From a virus, in IMG/VR virus record IMGVR_UViG_3300021437_000013, positions 1 to 64,000 of that record: a stretch of DNA of 64,000 nt, one strand, 5' to 3'. A model generated the notes under the pieces. It did no database searches. It had not been told where the DNA came from and was given only the letters and a program-made list of their open reading frames with translations. Every line of letters begins with the position of its first letter. Position 1 is the stretch's first letter. Shown in pieces: positions 34,436 to 43,520 of the stretch. A program made the translations under genes and the position numbers.

Positions 34436-35866
34436 ATGGGAAAGAATAAATCAATGATATGGTACACAATTGAAATGCTCGACGAGGTTGCAAAGTCTCG
34501 TGGTGGCCGTTGCTTATCTACTGAATATACTACATGCTTCTTTAAGTACCTGTGGCAAGATCATTTAGGTAATCAGTGGAGAGCTTCATGGACCGCAGTT
34601 AGACGTGGCACATGGTCACCTTTCTTAGTTAAAGAAAAACAGCGTAACTTCAATCTTAAATATACTATAGAAGATTTGCATAAATATGCAGAGTCAAAGG
34701 GTGGTAAATGTTTATCTACAGTTTATACTAAGACTAAAGACTATTACGAATGGGTAGATAGTAAAGGTAGATATTTTAAAAAAACGTGGGAAGAAATAAT
34801 CACAGCTAAACAATGGTCACCACATGAGAAAAGAGAAACCTTAAGTAAACTAAAGACTATTTACAAAGAAGAATTTTTTATCTCTTTCCTATCTAAGACT
34901 GATATACCTTTTGCATTTCTGGGTATAGAAGAGGGCTCTTATCAGAGGTCAAGACGTGGCATATATAAAAATACTATTACTGGTAAAATTCACAAAATCA
35001 CCCCCTCTAGATTACTTAATTTCGGACTTCCTTCCAAATTCAACAAGATGCAACATGAAATATACAAGTTCATCTGCTCTCTCGGCCTTGAAGCTCATGA
35101 GGATAATCGAACTATAATAGCACCCTTTGAACTTGATATAGTAATCCCCTCTCTTAATGTAGCTATAGAACTTGACGGCCTTAGATGGCATAACAAAGAG
35201 AAAGACTACCATCTAAACAAGACAATTAATGCTAAAAAAGCAGGTTATGACTTAATCCACATATACGACTTAGAATGGAAACACCATAAAAAGCAAGTAA
35301 AATCATTCCTTACTACTAAACTTGGTAAAAGTAAGCGTAAAGTATATGCCAGAAAATGTGAGATTAGGACAGTTCCAAAAGACATAACTAAAGATTTCCT
35401 TAATTCCTATCACATTCAAGGTAACGTAGGTCACATAGAAGCATTTGGACTATACTATCAAGACGAATTATTATCCCTAATTACTATTGGTAAGCATCAC
35501 AGAGACTCTACTAAACTCGTTTTAAGCCGTTTTGTTGGTAAAGAAGGTGTATCTGTACTTGGTGGACTTTCAAAGCTCTCTAAAGCCGCTTTTAAGCGTT
35601 ATGGGAGCTTTATAACATGGGTAGATAGACGAATATCTAACGGTGAGAACTGGATTAAAGCAGGTTGGACGGTAACTAATGTTGCACGACCAGATTATTT
35701 CTACTTTGATTCAAATACCCGTAAAATCATAAGTAAACAATCCAGAAAAAAGAGCTTAGTAAACACTCCCGAGGGCATGACAGAAGTCGAACATGCTAAA
35801 ATTGATGGTTTAAGACGAATATATGACTGCGGTAAGATTACTTTAGAGTATAAACTACCCTCTTAA
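34436..35866 (+). CDS. free-standing homing endonuclease-like protein (Vsr/PD-(D/E)xK type, Hef-like)
   Basis: Two N-terminal AxSxGGxCLSTxY repeats, ELDIVIPSLNVAIELDGLRWH, LIHIYDLEW, VYARKCEI and RIYDCGK. Confidence 0.75.
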   Translation: MGKNKSMIWYTIEMLDEVAKSRGGRCLSTEYTTCFFKYLWQDHLGNQWRASWTAVRRGTWSPFLVKEKQRNFNLKYTIEDLHKYAESKGGKCLSTVYTKTKDYYEWVDSKGRYFKKTWEEIITAKQWSPHEKRETLSKLKTIYKEEFFISFLSKTDIPFAFLGIEEGSYQRSRRGIYKNTITGKIHKITPSRLLNFGLPSKFNKMQHEIYKFICSLGLEAHEDNRTIIAPFELDIVIPSLNVAIELDGLRWHNKEKDYHLNKTINAKKAGYDLIHIYDLEWKHHKKQVKSFLTTKLGKSKRKVYARKCEIRTVPKDITKDFLNSYHIQGNVGHIEAFGLYYQDELLSLITIGKHHRDSTKLVLSRFVGKEGVSVLGGLSKLSKAAFKRYGSFITWVDRRISNGENWIKAGWTVTNVARPDYFYFDSNTRKIISKQSRKKSLVNTPEGMTEVEHAKIDGLRRIYDCGKITLEYKLPS

Positions 35867-35872
35867 CAACTA
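35864..35872 (+). promoter_or_regulatory. late promoter motif TAACAACTA
   Basis: Exact motif overlapping the upstream stop codon. Confidence 0.8.
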
Positions 35873-35906
35873 ATATAATGTAGTCATATCATTATTAGGA
35901 GTCTTC

Positions 35907-36410
35907 ATGTCAGTTAGGATTGTAATTAAAAATACCCCAATAGACATTCCAGAACAAGGTGAATCCCAACCATGGGGGCCAGCAATTACAGAGGCTCTAC
36001 AAGCCCTTGCAGATGCCGTAAACGTGTCTACTGGTTCATATGACGTACCCCCTCAAGTATTACACATAGATTCATTCAATAGTGCTACAGATGTAACTGT
36101 AGATAACCTTTATTTCCCACCTACCGATGTTATTTCAGCATTTATCTTTTATTCAGTCATTAGACAAACTCAAGATTCTGGAGCAGGGGATGCAAAGAAC
36201 GTATCAGAAGAGGGAACAATGGAAGTAATCTATAATTCACTTAATCCAGTAGGAAATAAGTGGGAGTTAGTAAGAAGTTCTACTAATGATGCTAGTATTT
36301 CTTTCAGTATTACAGATTTAGGACAAGTAACATTCTCAACTACAGCCTTAAGTGGTATAAATCACGTTGGAAGCATATCGTATAGAGCACTTTCTATTAA
36401 CAAACTTTAA
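35907..36410 (+). CDS. putative structural protein
   Basis: 167 aa with an AGGAG RBS in the late region. Confidence 0.65.
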   Translation: MSVRIVIKNTPIDIPEQGESQPWGPAITEALQALADAVNVSTGSYDVPPQVLHIDSFNSATDVTVDNLYFPPTDVISAFIFYSVIRQTQDSGAGDAKNVSEEGTMEVIYNSLNPVGNKWELVRSSTNDASISFSITDLGQVTFSTTALSGINHVGSISYRALSINKL

Positions 36411-36433
36411 TTATTTTATTATAAGGGAAAACC

Positions 36434-39400
36434 ATGTTAAACATTAAAAAATTCTTTGTTGGTATCGCAGTTAAAGCAAAGTCAATATTAGCATCTGATA
36501 CTAAAGGTGAATTAGAAGTATTAGACAGTGATGGTAGCTTAAATTACCATAACGGTTCAAGTCGTGCTAAAGTACTAACTGATTCTCACACGGCCACAAT
36601 AACAAACAAAACAATCAATGCACCTGATAACACTATCACTAATATTGCTAATGCTAATATTAACGCTTCGGCGGCAATTGATGCTTCTAAAATCGCAAAT
36701 GGTGTTGTCTCTAATGCCGAGTTTCAATACCTTGATGGTGTTACCTCTGCAATACAAACACAAATAAACACTAAAGAGAATAGCGCAAATAAAGGGGTAG
36801 CCAATGGATATGCACCTCTTGACTCAACTGCTAAAATATCCTCTACTTACCTCCCATCTTATGTTGATGATGTTTTAGAATATGCCAATCTTGCATCGTT
36901 CCCCGTAACTGGTGAAACAGGTAAGATTTATGTTGCTTTAAACAACAATAAAACTTATAGATGGAGCGGTTCAGCTTATATTGAAGTATCCCCATCAGAA
37001 GTAAACTCTGTAAATGGTTATACTGGCGTTGTAGTATTAACTAAGTCTGATGTTGGACTAAGTAACGTAGATAATACATCTGATGCGACAAAGAACGCTG
37101 CAACTGCGACATTAACTAATAAAACTATTAATGCCCCAGACAATACAATTACTAACATTGCAAATACTAACATATCTGCAACTGCTAATATTGATGCCTC
37201 TAAGATTGGTACTGGTATCGTATCTAATACAGAATTTAACTACTTAGATGGTGTTACAAGTGCGATTCAAACTCAATTAAATGCTACAGCTTCAAGTTCA
37301 GCTTTATCAGCTCATACGGGAGCCTCTACGGGTGTTCATGGTGTAACTGGTGCGGTAGTTGGTACTACAGATACACAAACACTAACAAATAAAACAATTG
37401 ATGTATTAAGTAATACAGTTTCAAACATTGCAAACGCTAATATTAGTGCATCTGCTGCAATTGTTGATACTAAACTTGCTACAATATCTACAGCAGGTAA
37501 AGTAAATAACTCAGCTACTACGGCAACAAACTTAAATACAGCATCAGCAATCGTTGCTCGTGATGCTTCTGGTAACTTCACAGCAGGAACAATTACAGCT
37601 AACTTAAACGGTAACGCTACAACTGCCACATCAGCAACATCTGCTACTACTGCTGGAACAGTAACAACAAATGCAAACCTTACTGGCCCTATCACTTCAA
37701 TTGGTAACACTACATCGGTAGCATCTCAAACTGGTACAGGTTCAACTTTTGTAATGAATACTTCACCAACATTAGTTACCCCGAATCTTGGAACTCCATC
37801 AGCTTTAGTTGGTACTAATATCACAGGTACAGCGGCAAGTTTAACAGCAGGTACAGTTACTACTAATGCTAATTTAACTGGCCCTATTACATCAGTAGGT
37901 AATGCAACCTCTATAGCTTCACAAACTGGTACGGGCACTACATTTGTAATGTCAAATAGTCCGACAATAACTACACCAGTAATATCTTCTATCACTAATA
38001 CCGGAACTTTAACACTTCCAACAACAACTACAACTTTAGTAGGTAGAGTAACTACAGATACATTAACAAACAAATCTTTATCAGATAGTACAACTGCGAT
38101 AGTTGATGTTACCGATGCCACTAAACAAATTAAATTTGATGCGGCCGGAACAACTGCTACAGCTACAACTATTACAAGTTCACAAACTGCTAATAGAACT
38201 ATTACTTTACCAGATGCCACTACTACTTTAGATGGTATTGATAATACAGCCACACTTTCTAATAAAACTATTTCAGGATTGTCAAACACAATCAACAACA
38301 TATCACTTACTACTGCGGTTACTGGAACTCTTCCAATAGCCAACGGTGGTACAAATGCAACTTCACAATCAGCACCAGTAAACTCGATAAGTCCGTTAGT
38401 ATATTTTGATGGTACTAAAATGACTACTGATGCTACACCTGCACACTTGGGGTATAATGCTACTACTGATACAGTTTATACAAGCTCGGTTTCATTATCA
38501 GCAGCATCCACTAACTCTTTACAGATGACAAATACCCAAACTGGTTCATCAAGTGCTGGTGCTGGTATCTCTGGCTTTTCTGACCCCGGAGCGGCAATGG
38601 CTTCTGGTAACAGATTAGGATTCATGACTTTTGGTGGTGCTAAAGATGCGGCACACACTACAGCAAATACTACGGCCATAACTGGTTTTGCTACAGAAGC
38701 TTGGAGCAGTACGGCTACAGGTTCAAAGATTCAACTTGAAACAACTCCAAATACAACTACTACAAGAACAGTAGCAATGACTATCGACCAATCTGGTAAT
38801 GTTGGTATTGGTTCTGCTATTACTTCACCTTCTAACAAACTTCAAGTTGCAGGTACAATTGAATCTACAACTGGTGGATTTAAATTCCCAGATGGTACTA
38901 CACAAACTACAGCAGGCGGCGGCGGTACAGGTTCATTAAACACTATATTCCAATTAAAAGCTGATGAAAGTATTGGTACTTGGTCATCAGGTAACAATGC
39001 TACTTTCCTAGGTGGTGGTACTTTATCAGGTACTTTCTCAATAAATAATACAACTCCGTTACAAGGTGCTAACAGTTACAATTATGTAACATCTGGTGTT
39101 GGTTCTGCTAACGATTATATTGTATCCGCTAACCAAGCGGTTGATATAAGATTCAGAGGACAACAAGCATACTTTACTTTCCCATATAGCTTTTCTGGTA
39201 ACTCTACAGATATGAAGATTGTGGTATATGATGCCACTAACTCAGCTATCATTTCATCTACTACCGATTATGTTACTCCTACTATAGCACTTGGCGGTTC
39301 TGGTACTACTATGAATACCGCAGTAGTTGGGGTTATCATCCCTGCTACTTGTGCAAACATAAGAGTAGGATTTCAATTCATGACTGCAGGTGGTGTTACA

Positions 39401-40873
39401 AGAACATTCCAATTCGACTCTCTCCAACTCTCTCTCGACATAGGAGCCATTACTAACGTAGCTAACCTTACAGACTGGACAAGTTATACTCCTACATTCA
39501 CTGGTTTTGGCACTGCTGCATCTATAGAGTTTTTCTACAGAAGAGTGGGTAATAACTGTGAGATTAAAGGTAGATTCACTGTAGGTACTGCAACAGCCAC
39601 AGAAGCAAGAGTATCACTACCTACTGGATTAACTTCACAAGGTACTTCTGTTATACCAAGTTTAGTAATATGTGGATATGGTTCTGCTGCAGGTGCTAAC
39701 ACTACTGATTTTGGTGGAAAAACTGTACTTATTGAACCGTCAGTATCATATGTAACATTCGGAGAGATAAGCGCAACTACTAACAGTAGTACAACTAAAC
39801 AAAATGCTAACGCAATTACAGTTTCATCTGTTATGTTCCAATTCAATGCGTCAGTGCCTATTCTCGGTTGGGATAGTTACAACTCCAACGTCATTGTACC
39901 TGTCAACCAAGTATCATCTGACACTATGAACTTTGTATTTCAATCTACAGCATTAACTGGGAATGAGGCAGTTGGTACATTTAATACATACACATTAGCA
40001 GCAAACTCAAATACAGCAACTATATCAGCATCTGCACCAACACAAACAACATCTTCAATGTCAACTAATGGCGTGCAAGTATTTGCTAGAGCATATAATG
40101 CAGCATCAACAACCGCCTCGCCTGCAGTAGTAGACATAGTAGTAGGTAAGGGATTAAAGAACGTATCGGCATACGCTTATAGTGCCACAGGAAAGACTAA
40201 TTCAATATCATATGACTTGGCAGTAGCATCTTCCACAGACGAACGTGGAGCATTAGTAAACTATAATGAAACTACTGGTATATTAAGAATAGAAGCTGGG
40301 TTTTGCTGTTTGGCTACTAATACTACAAGATTAATTGATGCTCACGTTGGTAATGCTTCTGCATACTTCGTAATTAACGCTGCAAAAACCCCATCTGCTG
40401 CTGCATTACCAGTATTGCTTCCTAAAATTGCTTATTTGAGTGAACAACAAGCAAATGGTACAGCTGGAGGTACATCAGTAGCAGCAACTTGGACGAATAG
40501 AACATTAAATACTATAGTAGATTCATTTGGTATTGTTACCTCATTAGCATCAAACCAATTTACATTACCGGCAGGTACTTATAGAATCAGTGGATATACT
40601 ACATTATTAATGGGGGATGCTCAAAAGTGTAGATTAAGAAACATAACAGATTCAACTACATTATTAGTCGGGGCAAGTACATACTCAGGTAGTACGGCCG
40701 GGTATGCTTCTTATAACTCAACTTTAGACGGTGAAGTAACTATTACAGCACCAAAAACTTTCGCATTGCAATATTATGTTGGTACAGCAAAGGCGACGAA
40801 CGGATTGGGTAACCCTACTACATCAACAGAATTTGAAATTTATTCAGCAATTCAAATAATGAAAATTAAATAA
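36434..40873 (+). CDS. long fibre protein 2 (tail fibre / receptor-binding)
   Basis: KGVANGYAPLD, LPSYVDDVLEY, KSDVGLSNVDNTSD and TLTNK repeats, WTSYTPTF head module and C-terminal FTLPAGTYRI domain. Confidence 0.85.
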   Translation: MLNIKKFFVGIAVKAKSILASDTKGELEVLDSDGSLNYHNGSSRAKVLTDSHTATITNKTINAPDNTITNIANANINASAAIDASKIANGVVSNAEFQYLDGVTSAIQTQINTKENSANKGVANGYAPLDSTAKISSTYLPSYVDDVLEYANLASFPVTGETGKIYVALNNNKTYRWSGSAYIEVSPSEVNSVNGYTGVVVLTKSDVGLSNVDNTSDATKNAATATLTNKTINAPDNTITNIANTNISATANIDASKIGTGIVSNTEFNYLDGVTSAIQTQLNATASSSALSAHTGASTGVHGVTGAVVGTTDTQTLTNKTIDVLSNTVSNIANANISASAAIVDTKLATISTAGKVNNSATTATNLNTASAIVARDASGNFTAGTITANLNGNATTATSATSATTAGTVTTNANLTGPITSIGNTTSVASQTGTGSTFVMNTSPTLVTPNLGTPSALVGTNITGTAASLTAGTVTTNANLTGPITSVGNATSIASQTGTGTTFVMSNSPTITTPVISSITNTGTLTLPTTTTTLVGRVTTDTLTNKSLSDSTTAIVDVTDATKQIKFDAAGTTATATTITSSQTANRTITLPDATTTLDGIDNTATLSNKTISGLSNTINNISLTTAVTGTLPIANGGTNATSQSAPVNSISPLVYFDGTKMTTDATPAHLGYNATTDTVYTSSVSLSAASTNSLQMTNTQTGSSSAGAGISGFSDPGAAMASGNRLGFMTFGGAKDAAHTTANTTAITGFATEAWSSTATGSKIQLETTPNTTTTRTVAMTIDQSGNVGIGSAITSPSNKLQVAGTIESTTGGFKFPDGTTQTTAGGGGTGSLNTIFQLKADESIGTWSSGNNATFLGGGTLSGTFSINNTTPLQGANSYNYVTSGVGSANDYIVSANQAVDIRFRGQQAYFTFPYSFSGNSTDMKIVVYDATNSAIISSTTDYVTPTIALGGSGTTMNTAVVGVIIPATCANIRVGFQFMTAGGVTRTFQFDSLQLSLDIGAITNVANLTDWTSYTPTFTGFGTAASIEFFYRRVGNNCEIKGRFTVGTATATEARVSLPTGLTSQGTSVIPSLVICGYGSAAGANTTDFGGKTVLIEPSVSYVTFGEISATTNSSTTKQNANAITVSSVMFQFNASVPILGWDSYNSNVIVPVNQVSSDTMNFVFQSTALTGNEAVGTFNTYTLAANSNTATISASAPTQTTSSMSTNGVQVFARAYNAASTTASPAVVDIVVGKGLKNVSAYAYSATGKTNSISYDLAVASSTDERGALVNYNETTGILRIEAGFCCLATNTTRLIDAHVGNASAYFVINAAKTPSAAALPVLLPKIAYLSEQQANGTAGGTSVAATWTNRTLNTIVDSFGIVTSLASNQFTLPAGTYRISGYTTLLMGDAQKCRLRNITDSTTLLVGASTYSGSTAGYASYNSTLDGEVTITAPKTFALQYYVGTAKATNGLGNPTTSTEFEIYSAIQIMKIK

Positions 40874-41202
40874 TGGAGATTAAAATGGATATAGCATTAA
40901 AAATAAGTAAATATTTAGAGAAGCATAAAGATAAAAGAGATGAAAATGACTCTCTTAATCTTGTAGAAGGTAGCATTGTAGGGTGGGATTTTGTAAATGT
41001 TCCAATGCCTACAGAACAAGACCTAGCAGATGCAGAAGCAGAGATGGTAGCATTAGAGGCTCGTAATAGCCTTTTAAAGGCGATTGAAGCACTAGAGGCT
41101 AGCATTACCCCTAGACATATGAGAGAAGCACTTATAAGTGGTAATATGACCTTTATAGAGGGTATAGAAGCTAAGATTGTAGAGTTAAGGAAAGGATTGT
41201 AG
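40873..41202 (+). CDS. putative tail fibre assembly protein
   Basis: Directly follows the fibre. IVGWD...PMPTEQDL and IEALEASITPR...REA. Confidence 0.55.
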   Translation: MEIKMDIALKISKYLEKHKDKRDENDSLNLVEGSIVGWDFVNVPMPTEQDLADAEAEMVALEARNSLLKAIEALEASITPRHMREALISGNMTFIEGIEAKIVELRKGL

Positions 41203-41203
41203 T

Positions 41204-41383
41204 ATGTTCAAATCAGACAATCAAAGGAAGCTCTTTTACGCAGTAGCTAACAGTAAGAAAGTAGCTAATAAAGTCAATATGAAGCAAGATATGGCCAGAA
41301 AGTTCATAGAAGATGCTAATAACGATAAGCCTAAGAAGCCTAAATTTAATAAATTAGAATCAATGTTCAATAAAAAGGTTTAG
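41204..41383 (+). CDS. 59-aa basic protein (not in ORF track)
   Basis: MFKSDNQRKLFYAVAN...KPKFNKLESMFNKKV. Confidence 0.55.
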   Translation: MFKSDNQRKLFYAVANSKKVANKVNMKQDMARKFIEDANNDKPKKPKFNKLESMFNKKV

Positions 41384-41411
41384 GATGATGTTTAAGGCTA
41401 GGATGGCCTCT

Positions 41412-41420
41412 TAACAACTA
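41412..41420 (+). promoter_or_regulatory. late promoter motif TAACAACTA
   Basis: Exact motif upstream of the ATG at 41437. Confidence 0.8.
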
Positions 41421-41436
41421 AGAGGATGAGGGATAT

Positions 41437-41916
41437 ATGGTAGATGTAACAATGTCAGATAGAGATAGTTCACAGATTAATCGTTATGAACACGACGATG
41501 ATTTATTCGCTAAACGTGTTATGATTGTCGGTGGGGAAGTAAATCTATCCGTAGATTCTTCCGCTATAGCAGATGCTGTTAAGGATAGCTTAAGCAATCT
41601 TAAGATAGAATCAAGTTCACCTGTATGTAACTGTAAGCCAGAAATACAGATAGTTGAAAAGCAAGTCTTTATCCCCTCTGAACCACAAGTCATTCACATT
41701 AAAGAGTCAATACCCGTAATTTCTTCGGTAGTTCAAACTGTGGAAGTACCTGTAATTGTTAAAGAAATAGAAATCAAGATAGTGGAAGTTCCAGTAATAG
41801 TTAAAGAAACTGTACTATTAGAATCTCCGGCCGTAGAGAAAAAATCAGAATTGATAAGTAAATTAATATTAATTGCACAGATAGTAATTAGCGTAGTATT
41901 ATTAACAAGAAAGTAG
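41437..41916 (+). CDS. protein with VEVPVIVKE repeats and C-terminal membrane anchor
   Basis: Repeated (I/T)VEVPVIVKE and a hydrophobic C-terminus. Confidence 0.65.
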   Translation: MVDVTMSDRDSSQINRYEHDDDLFAKRVMIVGGEVNLSVDSSAIADAVKDSLSNLKIESSSPVCNCKPEIQIVEKQVFIPSEPQVIHIKESIPVISSVVQTVEVPVIVKEIEIKIVEVPVIVKETVLLESPAVEKKSELISKLILIAQIVISVVLLTRK

Positions 41917-41924
41917 GAGTAGTC

Positions 41925-42302
41925 ATGAAAGGATTAGAAGCATTAATTGGTAAAAAAGGTAAATCATTAGACGAAAATTCAGCTAAAGCACAAATGGAAG
42001 TTTTAAAAGACTTAAAAGCTAGAGCAATGGAAGCAATGGGTAACAAACTTGACGGAGCTAAGAAAGTAGAAGTATCTGCTAACTCTTCTGAGGGTTTAAA
42101 ATCTGGTCTTGACAAAGCTAAAGAACTTCTAGGACAAGATTTATCTCCACAAGATGAAACTGATAATCATGACGAAGAAAGCGAAGATGAGTCACCAGAA
42201 GAAGAATCTAATGAAAGTGATGAAGTAGAAAGCTTAGAAGACATCGAAGCTAAAATCCATGAATTACTTGCTAAAAAACAATCTTTAATTGGTAAAAAAT
42301 AA
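41925..42302 (+). CDS. acidic hypothetical protein
   Basis: AGGAG RBS and a D/E-rich tract. Confidence 0.65.
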   Translation: MKGLEALIGKKGKSLDENSAKAQMEVLKDLKARAMEAMGNKLDGAKKVEVSANSSEGLKSGLDKAKELLGQDLSPQDETDNHDEESEDESPEEESNESDEVESLEDIEAKIHELLAKKQSLIGKK

Positions 42303-42314
42303 TTAGAGGTGCTT

Positions 42315-43511
42315 ATGGCTCTCACTACTCCATGGCTTACTTCTAATGACTTAATTGACATAGTAAAGAAGCGCATAGCGTTTCCTATATCTCAAAATAC
42401 TTTATCAGAAGAAGACATACTAAAATTCGCATCTTATGAATTATTTGATTCACAAGTACCATCCATCATGGAATTTCATGATGAATATTTCGTATTTCGT
42501 CAATCAGTATTAATTGAAAATGATAAACTAAGATATCAAATACCAGACCGTGCAATCGGTATGAAGCTTAGAGATTTATTACTTGAAATGCCTGATAACA
42601 GCGTAAGAGAAATGACTCGTATTACTCCCGAGTCTGTAGCTTACTTTCAACAAGTTGGTAGTAACACTACTGACATATATCGTTTTTATGTAGAAGGTGA
42701 TGAGATAGTTCTTGCCTCTAATCAAGTTGCGGCAACTGGTCAATCCTTAAGATTTACATACTATTTACGTCCTAACTCTTTAGTAAAGAATGATAGAGCG
42801 GCAACAGCTCAATACTTCACTAAAAACCTTGCTATTGATAATACTACACTTACTAACGGTGATAGCTTCAAAGTAGGTTCATTAACTTTCACGGCCGGAA
42901 TAGATTTTGCTATCGGTGCAAATACTAATATTACAGTATCTAATATCCATGTGGCATTATCAGCTTTAGGAATATCTAACGATGTTAACGGCCAATCAAT
43001 AATGTTAAGAAATAAGAATGCTAAAACTGTTTATAGTTCAACTAATCCAGTAGCATTGAGTTTACAAAATGGTCTTGGTATTGAGTTTGACTTAGTACCT
43101 TCAATCATCACTAACGGTTCAGTAATTGATTTCTTACAAACTAAAGGCGGTCATAGAACTTACTCAATTGATGTTGAAATAGGAGCTTCGGCAATCTCTG
43201 GTAATGTAATCAATTTTGACTTAGGCGTAATCCCACCAAGTTTCGTAGTAGGTGATTATATTTGTCTTGCAAATGAATCAATCATACCTCAAATCCCATC
43301 TGACGTACACAGCTTACTTGCTGAAAGAACTTGTGAACGTATGCTTATGTCAATTGGTGATGTTCAAGGTAGTCAGATATCAGCACAAAAAGTGGCACAA
43401 CTTGAGAAACAACAGTCTGCAATGGTTGACAACCGTGTAGAAGGTGCCCCACTTAAAATCGTTAATCGTTTCTCTCCATTAAGATTAAACAAAAGATGGC
43501 GCAGACGCTAA
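42315..43511 (+). CDS. head-tail adaptor (tail tubular protein A-like) with inserted domain
   Basis: N-terminal helix DLIDIVKKR, YQIPDRA and C-terminal IPSDVHSLL. Precedes the nozzle gene. Confidence 0.6.
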   Translation: MALTTPWLTSNDLIDIVKKRIAFPISQNTLSEEDILKFASYELFDSQVPSIMEFHDEYFVFRQSVLIENDKLRYQIPDRAIGMKLRDLLLEMPDNSVREMTRITPESVAYFQQVGSNTTDIYRFYVEGDEIVLASNQVAATGQSLRFTYYLRPNSLVKNDRAATAQYFTKNLAIDNTTLTNGDSFKVGSLTFTAGIDFAIGANTNITVSNIHVALSALGISNDVNGQSIMLRNKNAKTVYSSTNPVALSLQNGLGIEFDLVPSIITNGSVIDFLQTKGGHRTYSIDVEIGASAISGNVINFDLGVIPPSFVVGDYICLANESIIPQIPSDVHSLLAERTCERMLMSIGDVQGSQISAQKVAQLEKQQSAMVDNRVEGAPLKIVNRFSPLRLNKRWRRR

Positions 43512-43520
43512 AGGGAACAT

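Noticed and set aside
24656-40873. Diversity-generating retroelement acting on the fibres
   Set aside because: No reverse transcriptase lies in the window. Repeat differences are synonymous and not adenine-specific, and no non-coding template repeat was seen.
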